Source: a virus
Lineage: Duplodnaviria; Caudoviricetes
Virus record (IMG/VR): IMGVR_UViG_3300030372_000681
Location: 1-26,156 of that record
Strand: one strand, 5' to 3'
Length of the DNA: 26,156 nucleotides
The position numbers and the translations under genes were made by a program. Positions 25,701 to 26,156 of the stretch are shown here, piece by piece; position 1 is the stretch's first letter, and every line of letters starts with the position of its first letter. Under the pieces are notes generated by a model. That model saw only the letters and a program-made list of their open reading frames with translations, was not told the DNA's origin and did not search any database.

Positions 25701-26156
25701 AAGATTTAAAAGGTTTTAGAATTAATGCTCATGAAGGAGCAGAAGGAGTTTTCTCAGCAGTAGATAAATCATTAGCTGAAGAGTATGGCAAGGAAGAAGG
25801 CATTGCTGAAATTATATTACCTGAAGGAACTACTGTTGAGGTGGTGGAGATTGACGGTAAGGGAATGACGCTAGATGAATATAGAGCAGCTGAGGTAGAA
25901 GCTATTAACAATTCTGATGCACAAGTGGTTAAGCTACGTACTGTAGATGGCGTAATGAAGAAGGGTGCTAAAAAACAAGACCAGTATATAATAAAAGACG
26001 AAACACTTATACAGGAATTAAAAAAACCATCAGAGGTAGAGGCAGTTGAGGTAGAAAAAGTAGAGGTAGAAGAAGTAGAGGTAGTAGAAGATTTAGTTCC
26101 TGAGGTAAAAGATGTTAGTGTTGAAATTAAGAATGTAAAAAAATCCATATCTAAAG
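22766..26156 (+). CDS. Giant internal virion/ejection (polyvalent-type) protein, partial, >1130 aa
   Basis: Hand translation from ATG 22766 (MFEIEDLFDLTLEGAF...) shows no stop to the window end, which probably explains its absence from the ORF track. Contains a Gly/Ala-rich hydrophobic segment, coiled coils and an ART-like module. Confidence 0.85.
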   Translation, partial: MFEIEDLFDLTLEGAFSNKEEFLQFASNASDEDLYSVLQEGAFTDINEFVSLKKKDETEALDSATEEVTTTVDSETAPMPQPSASLDSQTSEIISQSQVPGSVTQIVEQIEEVDGQPQIVKNFILTKEAKLSDAIRNNRFEDPITGTVFETGIPEIYPETHAIYKRALQKAENDLLNQVFDEDEDMFGKEGDLSPEKTLSNLYREKRNKEFEIQQVQNRIDIIPEGNPDLKKFEDIKNSLTGELNDINKRFDEVSSERAKMDDTGQVYNPYTGEDIAKIDAPVEIVQDETNVSNQAENIAKTKTNEQIEESLIDIRFQILNQGKKVSDNMQDVLDGMITTELMFFGDQTESGLKNLPQVEDERLRKKPLKIYSENIEAKKYNRLIDQYHALDRALRLNVDPTQIKTKGGSIVDFKSPTESPFFDFKQSPDGFFEFGLISGFAGEEPAREGWGTTKMKAADFIDGLEAAGFVNIPEETKKRVEKTFFEEASEFGGNLTSMVAELSIGRGALKGVGVLGKGRTAVRFKKGLEALGASTKNKYIKGGLKILGSGVDEALVFATTGALTGKEEAYDPIFGAALGTGGEVANLGLKFVSKLPIVNKISERLKDLPFYNTGAQVGESVLGAGTGTAVLYAAEIVDGIATEDKEFAEIVKDVAGDDPEEKAMLLFTTMLAGNMSKGFPQFFKNLRKDIGNIKNKKFESKLRDYVNKTKPKQPDARPDAPLQIQEAILQINKKGTPGEKLEAQEFIDGVETVQSIEGVKKLAESIENKELKEVEQVELVDNISNQIVENPKITTTEIALSQPEIKSIITSSEADLKSLHNKIKKQFEDGVISAEEAKLARNSIQEVINIKKTRFATITNVDKQAEGIGIELDLIRVKKQISDLESQVLTADGTEKFLDPKKSELQSLEKQLEDFKNFREPELVAEVVPEEPELVAEVVTEPTEEVLVEGKQEVDNLTEGSASTTKPIKIYKGIGGKKDLKGFRINAHEGAEGVFSAVDKSLAEEYGKEEGIAEIILPEGTTVEVVEIDGKGMTLDEYRAAEVEAINNSDAQVVKLRTVDGVMKKGAKKQDQYIIKDETLIQELKKPSEVEAVEVEKVEVEEVEVVEDLVPEVKDVSVEIKNVKKSISK
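25526..25591 (+). repeat. 33-nt in-frame tandem duplication (EPELVAEVVPE / EPELVAEVVTE)
   Basis: Two imperfect copies differing mostly at synonymous sites. Confidence 0.85.

Noticed and set aside
2633-26148. All minus-strand ORFs in the track (e.g. 2633-2896, 10635-10862, 17940-18392, 23971-24549, 25729-26148)
   Set aside because: They are antisense shadows of well-supported + strand genes, with Ser/Phe/Leu-rich composition expected from reverse-complemented codons and no supporting expression signals.
1-26156. Stop-codon reassignment as in some crAss-like phages
   Set aside because: Long genes are intact in the standard code, TGA and TAA end genes at tight junctions, and no gene is broken by in-frame TAG.
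1-26156. CRISPR array, tRNA, intron/intein, integrase or diversity-generating retroelement
   Set aside because: No repeat-spacer pattern is seen and the intergenic gaps are too small. TerL, portal and capsid genes look uninterrupted, and no recombinase or reverse transcriptase motifs were seen.
22766-26156. Giant protein as a virion RNA polymerase
   Set aside because: No DxDxD catalytic motif in the visible part. The rest of the gene is outside the window, so this stays untested.

Overview
AT-rich fragment of a tailed dsDNA phage genome. All credible genes lie on the + strand and read in the standard bacterial code. The host is probably Bacteroidota/Flavobacteriia: TAnnTTTG -7 promoter boxes sit in most intergenic gaps, start regions are A-rich and lack Shine-Dalgarno motifs, and there is a BACON-like domain. 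The layout is a podovirus-type late region reminiscent of Cellulophaga phi38:1-like and crAss-related phages. It runs from a lysis cassette (M15 peptidase plus membrane proteins) through several small ORFs, a double GroES-like gene, TerS, TerL, portal, scaffold, major capsid protein, small virion proteins and tail ring/nozzle genes to three candidate ejection proteins. The last is over 1130 aa and runs off the window. The main points of interest were missed by, or are not evident from, the ORF track: (1) a 22-aa, 9-Cys metallothionein-like micro-ORF followed by a 50-aa protein ending in CxxCGS; (2) an apparently split tail nozzle gene with a BACON/Ig adhesin gene between the halves; (3) a promoter-~60 nt-terminator unit that may be an sRNA, heading a terminator/promoter cassette array; (4) a divergent ADP-ribosyltransferase-like module in the giant protein. 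All functional calls come from motif recognition and synteny, not database searches.
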